A DNA stretch of 64,000 nucleotides from Candidatus Palauibacter poriticola. Lineage in GTDB: Bacteria; Gemmatimonadota; Gemmatimonadetes; Palauibacterales; Palauibacteraceae. Position numbers and translations under genes: made by a program. The stretch covers positions 15,345 through 79,344 of the forward strand of contig JAAXHJ010000055.1 in NCBI GenBank assembly GCA_012270965.1, given 5' to 3'. Positions 28,406 to 39,033 of the stretch are shown in pieces. Each line of letters begins with the position of its first letter. Position 1 is the stretch's first letter. The notes under the pieces were generated by a model. The model searched no databases. It was not told where the DNA came from and saw only the letters and a program-made list of their open reading frames with translations.

Positions 28406-30408
28406 GGCGCGGTCCCGGGCGTGACGGCGGACGCGCTGGAGCGAGCGGCCGGAGGACGGACCGCGAGCTGGGTCTCCACCGGGAGATCACGCGCCGGGAC
28501 TTCGTCCAGCTGGCGGGGGCGGGGATCGCGGGCTCGGCGATCCTGGGGTGCGGGACCGAGGCCCCGGGAGGCGGGAGCGGCGTTGCGGTTCCGCGGATGG
28601 CCTCCGAGCCGTGGTCCGATACCCTCGGGCCCGACTGGTACGGGCCGGGCGGGGTGGGGGACTACGCGTCCTCGCACGGGAACACGCCGGAGGTCGTCCG
28701 CGCCGCGCACTGGGTGCGAGACGGGCGGGTCCCGAGCGGGGAGATGACGGACACCGGGGAGCGCTTCGACGTCGTGATCGTCGGGGGCGGGCTCGCGGGT
28801 CTCTCCGCCGCGCACCACTTCAAGCGGCACCGCCCCTCGGGCCGTTGTCTCGTTCTCGAGAACCATCCGGTGTTCGGCGGCGAGGCGAAACGCAACGACA
28901 TCATGGTCGACGGCGTGCGCCTGGCCGGGCCGCAGGGTTCGAACGACTTCGGCATACGACCGCCCACGGGGGAGCCGGACGACTACTTCACGACGCTGGG
29001 CATCCCGCGCGAGTTCGAGTACGCGCCGGATGCGGGCCGGGTGAAGGCGCCGCTCGAGAACTACGGCTTCATGCACTGGGTTCAGGACCAGTTCTCCATC
29101 GGGCACTACTTCGGCGGAACCCGGCGCGGCGGCCAGCCGGGCTGGTCGGGCGGGTCAGGCGGGTCGGGCGCCTGGGTCAACGGCCTCTTCGGAGACACCT
29201 CCCGCGCGCCGTGGACGCCGGAGGTGCGCGAGGGCTTCGAACGCTGGCGGAGGGCGCGGGTCACGGACCACGTGCCGGCGGACGCCCCCGGGGGACCGGA
29301 CAACCCCGGGCCGTGGCTCGACGGCATGACGCTCAAGGCGTACTACGAGGACGTGCTCGGCCTGCCGCCCGAGGTGACCGCGTACGTGGATCCGATCCTC
29401 GCCAGCATCATCGGCCTCGGCTGCGATGCCATCTCCGCGTGGTGGGGGATGCACTTCGACCTCCCCGGTTTCGGCCTGCCCTCCCGCTACGACGGCATGA
29501 CCTTCCACTCCTTCCCCGGCGGGAACGCGGGGATCGCCCGCTATTTCGTGAAGGACGTCGTACCGGACGGGATCGCGGGCGAACGCACGTTGGGGGACGT
29601 GCTGAACGGGGCGATCGATTTCGGGGCCCTCGACCGCCCGGATCAGTCTGTACGGCTGCGGCTCGGGTGCACCGCGATCGACGTGCGCCACGCGGGGGCC
29701 GGCGGCGGGCCCGTGCGCGTCGCGTACGTGCACGAGGGTCGAGCGTGGTCCGTCGAGGCCGACGGGGTCGTGCTCGCGAGCGGGGGGTGGATGAACCGCT
29801 ACATTGCGGCCGACCTGCCCGACGGACACCGCGCCGCCTACGAGAGCTTCCGGCACGGGCCGATCCTCGTCGCGAACGTGGCGCTCCGGAACTGGCGCTT
29901 CCTCGACCGCTTGGGGATCGCCGGTTGCTTCTACGAGGGCGACCTCGGCTTCTCGTGCAACATCCGGCGGCCCATGTACGCGGGAGACCACCGACCGGTC
30001 CACGCGCCGGACCATCCGACGATGCTGACCTTCTACATCACCTTCGAGTCGCCCGGAGCGTCGCCCGTGGATCAGGGGATGGCGGGACGCACCGAGATGC
30101 TGAGCGCGTCCTTCATTGACTACGAGAGGCGGCTGCGCGCGCAGATGGTCGAGCTATTCGCCGAGGGCGGCTTCGACCCGGCCGAGGATATCGCCGGCCT
30201 CGTCCTCAACCGCTGGGGGCATGCCTACGTGGCACCGGGTCCGGGTTTCTTCTTCGGCCGTGACGGCAGGCCCGCCCCGCCGGACGTCATCCGTGAACCC
30301 TTCGGCCGCGTCGCGATCGGCCACTCGGAGTTGCGCGGCCACCAGAACTGGACCGGCGCGTCCGCCGAGGGTCGGCGAGCCGTCGAGACGGTCCTCGATC
30401 TCATCTGA
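28402..30408 (+). CDS. Tat-exported FAD/NAD(P)-binding oxidoreductase, spermidine dehydrogenase (SpdH)-like
   Basis: ELGLHREITRRDF, DVVIVGGGLAGLSAA, LENHPVFGGEAKRN, FPGGNAGIAR, NRWGHAY, IAIGHSEL-like VAIGHSEL. Confidence 0.75.
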   Translation: MRRGPGRDGGRAGASGRRTDRELGLHREITRRDFVQLAGAGIAGSAILGCGTEAPGGGSGVAVPRMASEPWSDTLGPDWYGPGGVGDYASSHGNTPEVVRAAHWVRDGRVPSGEMTDTGERFDVVIVGGGLAGLSAAHHFKRHRPSGRCLVLENHPVFGGEAKRNDIMVDGVRLAGPQGSNDFGIRPPTGEPDDYFTTLGIPREFEYAPDAGRVKAPLENYGFMHWVQDQFSIGHYFGGTRRGGQPGWSGGSGGSGAWVNGLFGDTSRAPWTPEVREGFERWRRARVTDHVPADAPGGPDNPGPWLDGMTLKAYYEDVLGLPPEVTAYVDPILASIIGLGCDAISAWWGMHFDLPGFGLPSRYDGMTFHSFPGGNAGIARYFVKDVVPDGIAGERTLGDVLNGAIDFGALDRPDQSVRLRLGCTAIDVRHAGAGGGPVRVAYVHEGRAWSVEADGVVLASGGWMNRYIAADLPDGHRAAYESFRHGPILVANVALRNWRFLDRLGIAGCFYEGDLGFSCNIRRPMYAGDHRPVHAPDHPTMLTFYITFESPGASPVDQGMAGRTEMLSASFIDYERRLRAQMVELFAEGGFDPAEDIAGLVLNRWGHAYVAPGPGFFFGRDGRPAPPDVIREPFGRVAIGHSELRGHQNWTGASAEGRRAVETVLDLI

Positions 30409-30412
30409 TTCG

Positions 30413-31228
30413 ATGCCGACCGGCCGTACGCGACCGTCGCGGCCCGCCGCGAGTCGATGGCGTGAGATTTCGGGCTTTCGCCACGTCCTGTGGACGCTTG
30501 CACTCTGCGGGCTGGCGGGCTGCTCCTCCCCTGCGGTCCCATCCATCGAGTACGAGATCCTCGGGACGTTCCCTCACGATCCGGCAGCCTACACGCAGGG
30601 ACTTCTGTTTCACGACGGACATCTCCTCGAGAGCACCGGCCGCTACGGCGAATCGAGCGTGCGCCGGGTCGATGTGCCGACCGGCGAGGTTCTGGCGAGC
30701 GTGGCGGTGGACTCGGCGCTCTTCGGCGAAGGACTCGCCCGCGTGGACTCGGAACTCGTGCAGCTCACGTGGAAGTCCGGCAGGGCCTTCGTCTACGATC
30801 TCGATACCTTGGATGTGCTCCGGGAGTTCGCCTACGAGGGCGAGGGATGGGGCCTTTGCTACGACGGGGAGTCCCTCTGGATGTCCGACGGGTCGAGCGT
30901 GCTTGATCGCCGGGATCCCAAGACGTTCGAGGTGCTGGCGACGGTCGACGTGATCCGCGGCGGGCTAGCGCGGAACCGGCTGAACGAGCTGGAATGCGTG
31001 GGCGATTGGATCTACGCCAACGTCTACCAGACGGACATCATCGTCCGCATCGACAAGGCCACGGGTGAAGTCCTCGGCGAGATCGACCTCTCGAGCGTCC
31101 CACTCAGCGCCCGCCGCCCCGGCGACCCGGAGGCGGTGCTCAACGGCATCGCGTACGTGCCGGCGACGGGCGTCCTCCTCGTGACCGGCAAGCTGTGGCC
31201 GAAGATCTTGGCCCTCCGGCTCAAATGA
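30413..31228 (+). CDS. Glutaminyl-peptide cyclotransferase (lipoprotein)
   Basis: Lipobox LAGC, FPHDPAAYTQGL, ESTGRYG, FGEGL, EGWGL, NELE, LNGIAY. Confidence 0.88.
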   Translation: MPTGRTRPSRPAASRWREISGFRHVLWTLALCGLAGCSSPAVPSIEYEILGTFPHDPAAYTQGLLFHDGHLLESTGRYGESSVRRVDVPTGEVLASVAVDSALFGEGLARVDSELVQLTWKSGRAFVYDLDTLDVLREFAYEGEGWGLCYDGESLWMSDGSSVLDRRDPKTFEVLATVDVIRGGLARNRLNELECVGDWIYANVYQTDIIVRIDKATGEVLGEIDLSSVPLSARRPGDPEAVLNGIAYVPATGVLLVTGKLWPKILALRLK

Positions 31229-31474
31229 CTAACCGGAGTGGGGCGCTGAACCTGCCGTGGTGCGACTCCGACGCGGATTCAGCCGCAGGCCGCGTAGACG
31301 CCGCCGGTGAGGTTGGGCACTCTCTGGCTCCATCCGGCCGTTCGATTTCCTTGAGCCTCACCGAAACGACCTGATCGTCACGACGGAGCGTGATCTCCCG
31401 TAAAAACTCCGGGCTTGGACTTGTGGAATGGGGGAGGCCGTCCTGAGAGGGCGTTGGTAGGTCGGGCAAGGGCG

Positions 31475-32680
31475 CTACAGGACTTCGGCGAAGCGGTCGC
31501 CGAGCGTCCGGAGGCGGGCGGCGGGTTCGTTGCTGAACACGAGGCGGAGTTGGTATTCGGCGTCCGGGCCGCCCCAGGCGTCCATTGGAGTGGCCGCGAC
31601 GCCCGCCCGGGCGAGCAGCCGCACGGAAAGCTCACGCGCCGTGAGACCGAGGGGCCGGGTGTCGACGAGGAGGGACCAGCCGCCGCCGGCGGGCCGGACC
31701 GGGTAGTCGCGGAGCGCAGCGAGTACCGTGTCGCGCCGGCGCTCCCAGCGCCGTACGCTCGCAGCCACGTCCTCCGCCTCGTCCGCGGCGGTCAGCGCCG
31801 CGAGCGCGCCGGGCTGCCCGATCCCGACGCCGGTGACAACGTTGTAGATGCCGACTTTGGCGACATCTGCGAGGACGGCGGCCGGACCGACGACCCAGCC
31901 CGTGCGCCACCCGATCAGGCGGTACTCTTTCGAGACCGAACCCACGGTGAGCGTCCGCCCCCGCATGCCGGGGAGTCCGGCCGGGTGCAGGTAGGGACGG
32001 CCGTCGAAGAGGATGCGCTCCATGACGGCGTTGTAGATGAGCCATAGGTTGCGGCGCTCGCACAGGTCCGCGACCGCGGCCCAGTCGTCCGCGTCGAGCA
32101 CGCCGCCGGACGGCATGGACGGGTTCATGATGAAGAGCGCCCGCGTCCGGTCGCCGACGCAACCGGCGAGGACATCGAGGTCGAGACGCCACCCGGCCGC
32201 CGGTTCGAAGACCCAGGGCGCGAGCCGCGGGACCGCCCCGGCCAGCCGCACGCGCTGCAGCATGCCGGCGTACGTCGGGTCGGTGAGGATCACTTCGTCG
32301 CCCGGGTCCAGCGTCGCGAGCAGCGCGTTGAGGAGGCCCTCCGTGCCGCCCGCGGTGATCACGCACTCCTGGTCGGGGTCGTACTCCTGCCCGGCGAGCC
32401 GGCCGACGTGCCGGGCGGCCGCCGCCCGGAGGCCGGCCCGGCCCGTGAAGGGCAGATAGCTGTTGGCGGCCGGCGATTGGAGCGCGGCGCGGGTGGCGGC
32501 CACTGCCGCCGCGGGCGGGCGCAGATCGGTGTCGAGGTTCTCGAGCCGGAGGACGCCGGGATCGCCCGCCGCCGTCCGCGCCACCCCGTCGATGTCGAAC
32601 CCCGGAATCCCGGCCAGCCGCCGGGGCAACGTAGGCGCGGGCCCCCGCCGAGCGCGCACGGAGTCGTCGGGGGCGCTCAC
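31475..32680 (-). CDS. PLP-dependent aminotransferase class I/II
   Basis: ITAGGTEG, DPTYAG, MNPSMPSG, PLP lysine GSVSKEY, GWRTGW. Confidence 0.88.
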   Translation of the reverse strand: MSAPDDSVRARRGPAPTLPRRLAGIPGFDIDGVARTAAGDPGVLRLENLDTDLRPPAAAVAATRAALQSPAANSYLPFTGRAGLRAAAARHVGRLAGQEYDPDQECVITAGGTEGLLNALLATLDPGDEVILTDPTYAGMLQRVRLAGAVPRLAPWVFEPAAGWRLDLDVLAGCVGDRTRALFIMNPSMPSGGVLDADDWAAVADLCERRNLWLIYNAVMERILFDGRPYLHPAGLPGMRGRTLTVGSVSKEYRLIGWRTGWVVGPAAVLADVAKVGIYNVVTGVGIGQPGALAALTAADEAEDVAASVRRWERRRDTVLAALRDYPVRPAGGGWSLLVDTRPLGLTARELSVRLLARAGVAATPMDAWGGPDAEYQLRLVFSNEPAARLRTLGDRFAEVL

Positions 32681-35316
32681 CCGCCCATCCTCCGCTGCAG
32701 GGCGTCGAGCGCCGCCATGAGGTCGGGCGCGTCCGACAGCACGCCCAGAAGCGGATCCGGGTCAAGCGCCCGCGCCCGCTCGGGCATCGTCCGAATCGTG
32801 AAGTCCTCCATGGAGAGCCCCTCCCCCACCTCGTCCCAGGCCAGCGGCGCCGACACGGTCGCCCCGGCCCGCGGGCGGACGGAATAGGGGGCCACCACAA
32901 GCCGTCCGCGACCGTTCTGGACGAAGTCAATGTAGATCTTGCCGTCTCGTCCCGCCGGGTTCCGCACGATCGTGGCCCGGCCGGGAATCTCCGCCGCCAC
33001 CAGCTTCGCGAGCAGGAGCGCGAGCGTGCGCGACTGCCCGTAGTCGAGTTGACCGCCGAGGGGGATCATCACGTGGATCCCCGAAGATCCGCTCGTCTTC
33101 GGATAGCTGGGCAGCCCGATCTCCTCGCACAGGGCACCGATCGTCCGCGCGACCTGGACCACGTCTTCGAACGACGCGTACACCTCCTCGCCGTCCCGCT
33201 TGTGCTTCGGATCGAGATCGAGGAGACACCAATCGGGGCGGTCCAGGCTCCCGATGCGGCTCGCCCACACGTGCAGCGGGATCGCGCCGAGATTCGCGAC
33301 GAACACGAGGACGGCGGGGTCATCGGCGATGAAGTAGTGGATGTCGCGTTCGGAGCCGCGGCTCCAGATCGCTTCCGTGCGCACCCACTCGGGCTGGAAC
33401 CCGGGCGCGTTCTTCTGGAAGAAGGATTTTCCGTCGATGCCGTCGGGATACCGGGTCAGCACGAGCGGCCGGTCCTTCAGGAACTTCAGCAGCCAGGGGG
33501 CGATGTCCCGGTAGTACGTGATCAAGTCGCCCTTCGTGTACCCGTCGTCCGGCCAGAAGACCTTGTCTAGGTTCGAGAGCTGCAGTTCGTTGACGGGCGG
33601 GGGGGACGTGTCCACTCGCACCGGGTCGGCCAGCGCCGCGCGCGGATCGGGCGGAAGCCGACAATCCGTGGGGAGTACGTACTCTCGATCATCGTTCCTG
33701 TCCCCGTTCCCGCTCCCGCTCTCTTCCTCCGGGACCGGGAGAAGGCCCAGGAAGACGGCGTGCCGGAGGAGGCCGCCCTCAGTGACTTCCTTGTAGCGGA
33801 TGTCGGCGACGAGCTCGGGCTCTACCCAGGTGTGATCGTCTCCCGCCGGGGCCGGCGTCACGAAGGCGGGGCCATCGGACTTCAACTCGTCGAGCCGGGT
33901 CCGGACCTCCACCAGGGTGTGGTCGTCGAAGCCCGTTCCCACGCGGCCGACGTAGTGGAGCGCGAACCCGTCGTCGCCCGCGGCTACTCCGGATTCCGCG
34001 TCGGCCGGACCGTATGCGCCGAGGTGGAGGGCCCCGAATCCCGTCCGCGAGCCGGCGGGCCTCGTGAATCCGACGATGACGAAGCGGGCCCGGCGGGCCG
34101 CGTGGATCTTCCTCCAGTCGGAGGAGCGGCCGCCGGTGTACCGGGAGTCGGCGCGCTTGGCCATGATCCCCTCCAGCCCCATCCCCTGAACCTGTCGCAG
34201 AAGGGCCTCCCCGCACCCCTCGAAGTGCTCGCTGAAGCGGATCGGACCCGCTTCCGGCACGACGTCGCGCAGGAAACGGCGCCGCTCGGAGAGCGGAAGG
34301 TCGCGCAGGTCGCAACCGTCGAACGCGAGGAGGTCGAAGGCGTAGAAGCTCGCCGGCGCCTCGAACGAGGCCCGCCGGATATCGAATGGACGGGAGAGCC
34401 GGGCCCGCCGCTGCAGGCGCCGGAAGCTGGGATACCCGGCCGCGTCGTGGACGACGACCTCGCCGTCCAGCACGACCCGCCGATAGGGGAGTTTGCGCAG
34501 GGTGCGCCCGATCTCGGGGAAGGTGGGGAGCGCGTCGTGTCCGTTGCGCGTCAGGAGGCTCGCCTCACCGCCGACCGCCGAAGCCAGCATGCGGTAGCCG
34601 TCCAGCTTGAGTTCGAAATGCCACGCGGGGTCGTCGAAGGCGTCCTCGCGAGGGGTGGCGAGCATGAGCCGCACCTCGGAGGGGGCGACCCGCGCCTCCC
34701 GCGCCCCCGCCCGAGCGAGGGCCGCGCCCAGCTCTTCTCCCGGATACCAGCCGCGCTCCCGCTCGGCCATCTGCTCGATGGTGAGCCCGGACAGGATGGA
34801 ACTCTCCGGGAGCGACCCATCCTCGAGGATCGGGTGTCCGCCGCGCCGCTCGCGGATGAGCAGCCATTCCTTCCCCGTCTCCCCCTTCTCGATGCGCACG
34901 AGCGTCCACACGCCCTTGAGCTTGTGCCCCCGAAGCTCGAACAGGAGCTTGCCCTTCTCCAGTCCCTCCTCCGGATCTTCGAGCATGATGCAGCGGCCGA
35001 TGTCCCACACGATCATCTCGCCGCCACCGTATTCGTCAGCCGGAATCACGCCCTCGAACTCGATGTACTCGACCGGGTGGTCCTCGACGTGGACGGCAAG
35101 CTTCTTGTCGGCGGGGTCGGCCGAGATCCCCTTCGGGACCGCCCATGAGACGAGGACGCCCCCGATCTCCAGGCGCAGGTCGTAGTGTCGGCGGGTCGCC
35201 GCGTGCAGTTGGACGGCGAACGCGCCGACGCCCGTCCCGGGAGCCCCACCGAAGGGCTCCGGGGTGCGCTCGGAAGCTCGCTTGTCCCGGTATTCCTCGA
35301 GTTTCTCGCGGGGCAT
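32677..35316 (-). CDS. ligD: NHEJ DNA ligase D (phosphoesterase-ligase-polymerase domains)
   Basis: LEEYRDKR..TPEP, HYDLRLE, SWAVPKG; ELKLDGYR, DGEV, EGIMAKR; LSNLDKVFWP, RYPDG, KTSGSSGIH. Start ATG 35316. Confidence 0.95.
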   Translation of the reverse strand: MPREKLEEYRDKRASERTPEPFGGAPGTGVGAFAVQLHAATRRHYDLRLEIGGVLVSWAVPKGISADPADKKLAVHVEDHPVEYIEFEGVIPADEYGGGEMIVWDIGRCIMLEDPEEGLEKGKLLFELRGHKLKGVWTLVRIEKGETGKEWLLIRERRGGHPILEDGSLPESSILSGLTIEQMAERERGWYPGEELGAALARAGAREARVAPSEVRLMLATPREDAFDDPAWHFELKLDGYRMLASAVGGEASLLTRNGHDALPTFPEIGRTLRKLPYRRVVLDGEVVVHDAAGYPSFRRLQRRARLSRPFDIRRASFEAPASFYAFDLLAFDGCDLRDLPLSERRRFLRDVVPEAGPIRFSEHFEGCGEALLRQVQGMGLEGIMAKRADSRYTGGRSSDWRKIHAARRARFVIVGFTRPAGSRTGFGALHLGAYGPADAESGVAAGDDGFALHYVGRVGTGFDDHTLVEVRTRLDELKSDGPAFVTPAPAGDDHTWVEPELVADIRYKEVTEGGLLRHAVFLGLLPVPEEESGSGNGDRNDDREYVLPTDCRLPPDPRAALADPVRVDTSPPPVNELQLSNLDKVFWPDDGYTKGDLITYYRDIAPWLLKFLKDRPLVLTRYPDGIDGKSFFQKNAPGFQPEWVRTEAIWSRGSERDIHYFIADDPAVLVFVANLGAIPLHVWASRIGSLDRPDWCLLDLDPKHKRDGEEVYASFEDVVQVARTIGALCEEIGLPSYPKTSGSSGIHVMIPLGGQLDYGQSRTLALLLAKLVAAEIPGRATIVRNPAGRDGKIYIDFVQNGRGRLVVAPYSVRPRAGATVSAPLAWDEVGEGLSMEDFTIRTMPERARALDPDPLLGVLSDAPDLMAALDALQRRMGG

Positions 35317-35409
35317 GCTCGCAGGCGTCCCCCCTCGCCGCCGGCCAAGGTCCGCCGTCGCTCTGTGCGACGATCCGGGCCGCAACCTATTATTCGACCC
35401 CTCCGTCCG

Positions 35410-35488
35410 GCATCACGCGGGAGGGCGCAGCATCGCGCGGGAGGGCGCGGGCAGCGCGCGGGAGGGGGCGGCATCGCGCGGGCGGACC
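35410..35488. repeat. Four imperfect ~20-bp tandem repeats (GCATCGCGCGGGAGGGCGC) in the ligD/ku divergent intergenic region
   Basis: Units begin at 35410, 35430, 35451 and 35471. Confidence 0.7.
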
Positions 35489-35512
35489 GGCGCGGACAAG
35501 GAGAGGCACAGG

Positions 35513-36352
35513 ATGGCTCCTCGACCCATCTCGACGGCGACGATCTCGTTCGGGCTCGTTTCGATCCCGTGCCAGCTCTACTCGTCCGCCGAGAACTCGC
35601 ACAAGGTCCGCTTCAACTTCCTCTCCCCCGGCGGGAGCCGCGTGAAGCAGCAATACGTGGATGCGAAGACCGGGGACCTGGTCCCGCGCAGCGACCTCGT
35701 GAAGGGGTATCAGTTCGCGAAGGACCAGTACGTGACGTTCAAGCCCGAGGAACTGAAGGCGTTGGAAGCCGAGGCGACGCAGGCGATCGAGATCGTCGAA
35801 TTCGTGCCGCTGGACCAGGTCGAGCGGGCGTATATCGGGAAGACGTACTACCTCGGACCGGCGCGGGGAGGGGACAAGGCCTACCGCCTCCTCGGCGCCG
35901 CGATGACGAAGACGGGCTGGGCCGCGCTCGCGAAGTACGCGGCGCGCGGCAAGCAGTATCTCGTCCTCGTGCGCCCGGTCGGGGATCACCTCGTGCTGGA
36001 ACAACTGCATTACGCGCACGAAGTGCGGAACATCGCCGAGGTGCCGTCGGGAGAGGGCGAGGTCGCCGATGCGGAACTCGGCCTTGCCGTACAGCTGATC
36101 GAGCAGATCGCCTCGGAGAACTTCGATCCGTCGAAGTACGAGGATGAGGTCGGACAGCGCATGCTCGAAGCGGTCGAGCGCAAGGTCGCGGACGGAATGG
36201 AGATCGCCGCGCCCGCCGAGGAGGAGACGACGACTCAGGTCATCGACCTCATGGCCGCGCTCCGGGCCAGCGTCTCCGGCGCCGGCGAGACGGAGGCCGG
36301 GGACGATGCGGCGGAGAGCGAGCCGGAGAAGAAGCAGGCCGCGGGGTCGTAG
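35513..36352 (+). CDS. ku: NHEJ Ku protein
   Basis: ISFGLVSIP, LVKGYQFAKDQYV, IEIVEFVP, YYLGP, VIDLMAALRAS. ATG 35513 with SD AAGGAG. Confidence 0.95.
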   Translation: MAPRPISTATISFGLVSIPCQLYSSAENSHKVRFNFLSPGGSRVKQQYVDAKTGDLVPRSDLVKGYQFAKDQYVTFKPEELKALEAEATQAIEIVEFVPLDQVERAYIGKTYYLGPARGGDKAYRLLGAAMTKTGWAALAKYAARGKQYLVLVRPVGDHLVLEQLHYAHEVRNIAEVPSGEGEVADAELGLAVQLIEQIASENFDPSKYEDEVGQRMLEAVERKVADGMEIAAPAEEETTTQVIDLMAALRASVSGAGETEAGDDAAESEPEKKQAAGS

Positions 36353-36404
36353 CCGGACCTCACGACAGAAGACCAGCGATAGAAGACCAGCCAAGGAGAA
36401 TCCG

Positions 36405-38924
36405 ATGCGGGTCCGATCCGTCACGCTGTTCGCGCTCATCCTCATGCTGGCGGTCTGGCGGAGTTCCGGCCGGGATCCGTCCGGCGCGCCAACCGTCGAA
36501 GACTTCCCGGCCGCCGCCGTCGATGCGGTCGACACGGAGACGCTGCGGGTTCCCGGGCTCGAGGCCCAAGTCGAGATCCTCAAGGATCTGTGGGGCGTCG
36601 GTCACATCTACGCGGAGACGGAGCACGACCTCTTCTTCGCGCAGGGGTACGCCGCCGCGCGCGACCGCCTCTTCCAGTTCGAACTCTGGCGGCGCCAGGC
36701 CACGGGCACGGTCGCCGAGATCCTCGGTCCGCGCGAACTGGAGCGCGACCGCGGCGCGCGCCTGTTCCGCTTCCGCGGCGATCTGGAAGCGGAGCTGAAC
36801 CACTACCACCCGCGGGGCGCCGACATCATCCGGGCCTTCACGGATGGAATCAACGCGTACATCTCCGAGACGGAGCGCTACCCGGATCTGCTTCCGGTCG
36901 AGTTCGAGATGCTGGGGATCCGTCCGCAGCCGTGGACCCCCGACGTAGTCATCTCCCGCCACCAGGGCCTGCTCATGAACATCGGGCAGGAACTCGACCT
37001 CGGGATCGCGGTCGCGGCGGTGGGGGCGGAGAAGGTGAGGGAGGTCTCCTACTTCCACCCGGGGGAGCCGGACCTCGATCTCGACCCCGCGATCGACGGA
37101 TCGCTTCTACGGCGCGAGATCCTCGACGTGTACCGGGCCTTCCGCGGACCCGTCCGCTTCCGGCCCGAGGACCTCGCCCCCCGCTTCCGCGCCACCGCCT
37201 CCGATGCGGAGGCCCTCGCCCCGGCGACGCTCGCAGCGGAGACCGACGCCGAACCGTACGGCGCGGGACGCCTGGCAGCCCACGGACTGCTGGAGGCGGA
37301 GCGGATGGGGACGGGGAGCAACAACTGGATCGTGGCGGGGAGCCGCACGCTGAGCGGACACGCGATCATGGCGAACGACCCGCACCGCGTGCAGGCGGCC
37401 CCCTCGCTCCGCTACTTGGTCCACCTCGTCGGACCGGGGTGGAACGTGATCGGCGGTGGGGAGCCCGTCCTCCCCGGCGTCTCGATCGGGCACAACGGGT
37501 ACGGAGCGTGGGGTCTCACGGTCTTCCAGACCGACGCGGAGGACCTCTACGTCTACCGGACGCATCCGGACGACCCCGACCGCTACTGGTACGGCGGCGA
37601 CTGGGAGGGGATGCGGGTCATCGACGACGAGATCCCGGTCGAGGGGCGGGAACCGGAACGGGTGCGACACCGATACACGCGGCACGGACCCGTCGTGTAC
37701 GAGGACCGCGACAACGACCTCGCCTACGCGGTGCGCGCGGGGTGGATGGAGATTGGCGGCGCGCCCTACCTCGCCAGCCTGCGCATGAACCAGGCGAAGA
37801 CGTGGGAGGAGTTCCGGGACGCCTGCAACTACTCGAACATCCCCGGCGAGAACATGGTGTGGGCCGATGTGGAGGGGAACATCGGCTGGCAGTCGGTGGG
37901 GATCGCGCCCATCCGCCGCAACTGGTCGGGTCTCGTCCCCGTGCCGGGAGACGGCCGCTACGAATGGGATGGCTACCTCGAGATCAGGCACAAGCCGCAC
38001 GTGCTCAACCCGGAGAAGGGCTTCTGGTCGACGGCGAACCAGAATCTCGTCCCGCCCGGCTACGAGCACCGGGACGCCGTGGGCTGGAGCTGGAGCGACC
38101 CCTTCCGGAGCGCGCGCATCGACGAGGTGCTCGCGTCGGGGAGGCGCTTCACGATGGCGGAGATGATGCAGCTGGCGACGGACTACATGTCGCTCCCGGC
38201 CCGCTCGCTGGTGCCGATGCTGCGCGGCATGGATCTGCCCCAGGGGGCGGAGGCGGCCCGAAACGAGCTGTTGCAGTGGGACTTCGCGCTGGCTCCGGAG
38301 TCCCGCGAGGCCGCGATCTATGTGTCGTGGGAGCGTGAGATTCAGAGGCAGATGGTGCCGCTCGTCGTCCCCGCCGAGGTCCGCGCGTCGCTGGGACGGC
38401 TGTCGATGAAGAGGATCATAGACTGGCTCGGCTCGCCCCCGGCGTGGTTTGCGCCGCTCGGAGACGGGGATCCGGTGGCTGGCCGGGACGCCTTCCTCGC
38501 CCGCACGCTGGCCGACGCCCTGGAGGGGCTGGAGGATCGCTTCGACGGCGACCCTTGGCGGTACGGCGACGTGCGCTTCAAGCACGCGCGGTTCCGGCAC
38601 CCGCTGTCCGGGATCGTGAACGACGAGATGCGGGCACGCCTCGAGGTCGGACCGCTCCCGCGCGGAGGCAACGGCTTCACCGTGAACCAGACGGGCGGCG
38701 GGGACAACCAGACATCGGGCCCCTCCTTCCGGATCATCGCGGAGGCGGGGGACTGGGACACGGCCGTGTTCACGAATACGCCGGGGCAGGGGGGAGATCC
38801 GGACGACCCCATGTACCAGAACCTGTTCGAGGGCTGGGCGAAGGACCGTTTCTTCCCGCTCTACTACTCCCGGGAGCGCGTGGAGGGGGCCGTCGCCAAC
38901 CGAGTGATGCTGACCCCGAACTAG
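36405..38924 (+). CDS. Penicillin acylase (S45, Ntn-hydrolase) family protein
   Basis: DLWGVGHIYA, FAQGY..ARDRLFQ, beta-chain start GSNNW, ANDPH, PGQGGDP. Confidence 0.92.
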   Translation: MRVRSVTLFALILMLAVWRSSGRDPSGAPTVEDFPAAAVDAVDTETLRVPGLEAQVEILKDLWGVGHIYAETEHDLFFAQGYAAARDRLFQFELWRRQATGTVAEILGPRELERDRGARLFRFRGDLEAELNHYHPRGADIIRAFTDGINAYISETERYPDLLPVEFEMLGIRPQPWTPDVVISRHQGLLMNIGQELDLGIAVAAVGAEKVREVSYFHPGEPDLDLDPAIDGSLLRREILDVYRAFRGPVRFRPEDLAPRFRATASDAEALAPATLAAETDAEPYGAGRLAAHGLLEAERMGTGSNNWIVAGSRTLSGHAIMANDPHRVQAAPSLRYLVHLVGPGWNVIGGGEPVLPGVSIGHNGYGAWGLTVFQTDAEDLYVYRTHPDDPDRYWYGGDWEGMRVIDDEIPVEGREPERVRHRYTRHGPVVYEDRDNDLAYAVRAGWMEIGGAPYLASLRMNQAKTWEEFRDACNYSNIPGENMVWADVEGNIGWQSVGIAPIRRNWSGLVPVPGDGRYEWDGYLEIRHKPHVLNPEKGFWSTANQNLVPPGYEHRDAVGWSWSDPFRSARIDEVLASGRRFTMAEMMQLATDYMSLPARSLVPMLRGMDLPQGAEAARNELLQWDFALAPESREAAIYVSWEREIQRQMVPLVVPAEVRASLGRLSMKRIIDWLGSPPAWFAPLGDGDPVAGRDAFLARTLADALEGLEDRFDGDPWRYGDVRFKHARFRHPLSGIVNDEMRARLEVGPLPRGGNGFTVNQTGGGDNQTSGPSFRIIAEAGDWDTAVFTNTPGQGGDPDDPMYQNLFEGWAKDRFFPLYYSRERVEGAVANRVMLTPN

Positions 38925-39033
38925 CAACCCCGCCGGGAAATCCCGCTGCGTTCGAGCAGGGGCTGCCGGCAGCATCCACGTTGCCAGGCCTCGTGGCGGC
39001 GGGGGCTCGCTTCCCGCTGGACGGCACTTCCGT

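Noticed and set aside
31221-31469. 82-aa minus-strand ORF or possible gene remnant between the glutaminyl cyclase and the aminotransferase
   Set aside because: No recognisable motif and no SD; cannot be supported without a search.
32677-36352. Prophage or ICE origin for ligD/ku
   Set aside because: No integrase, att sites or phage genes, and composition matches the flanks.
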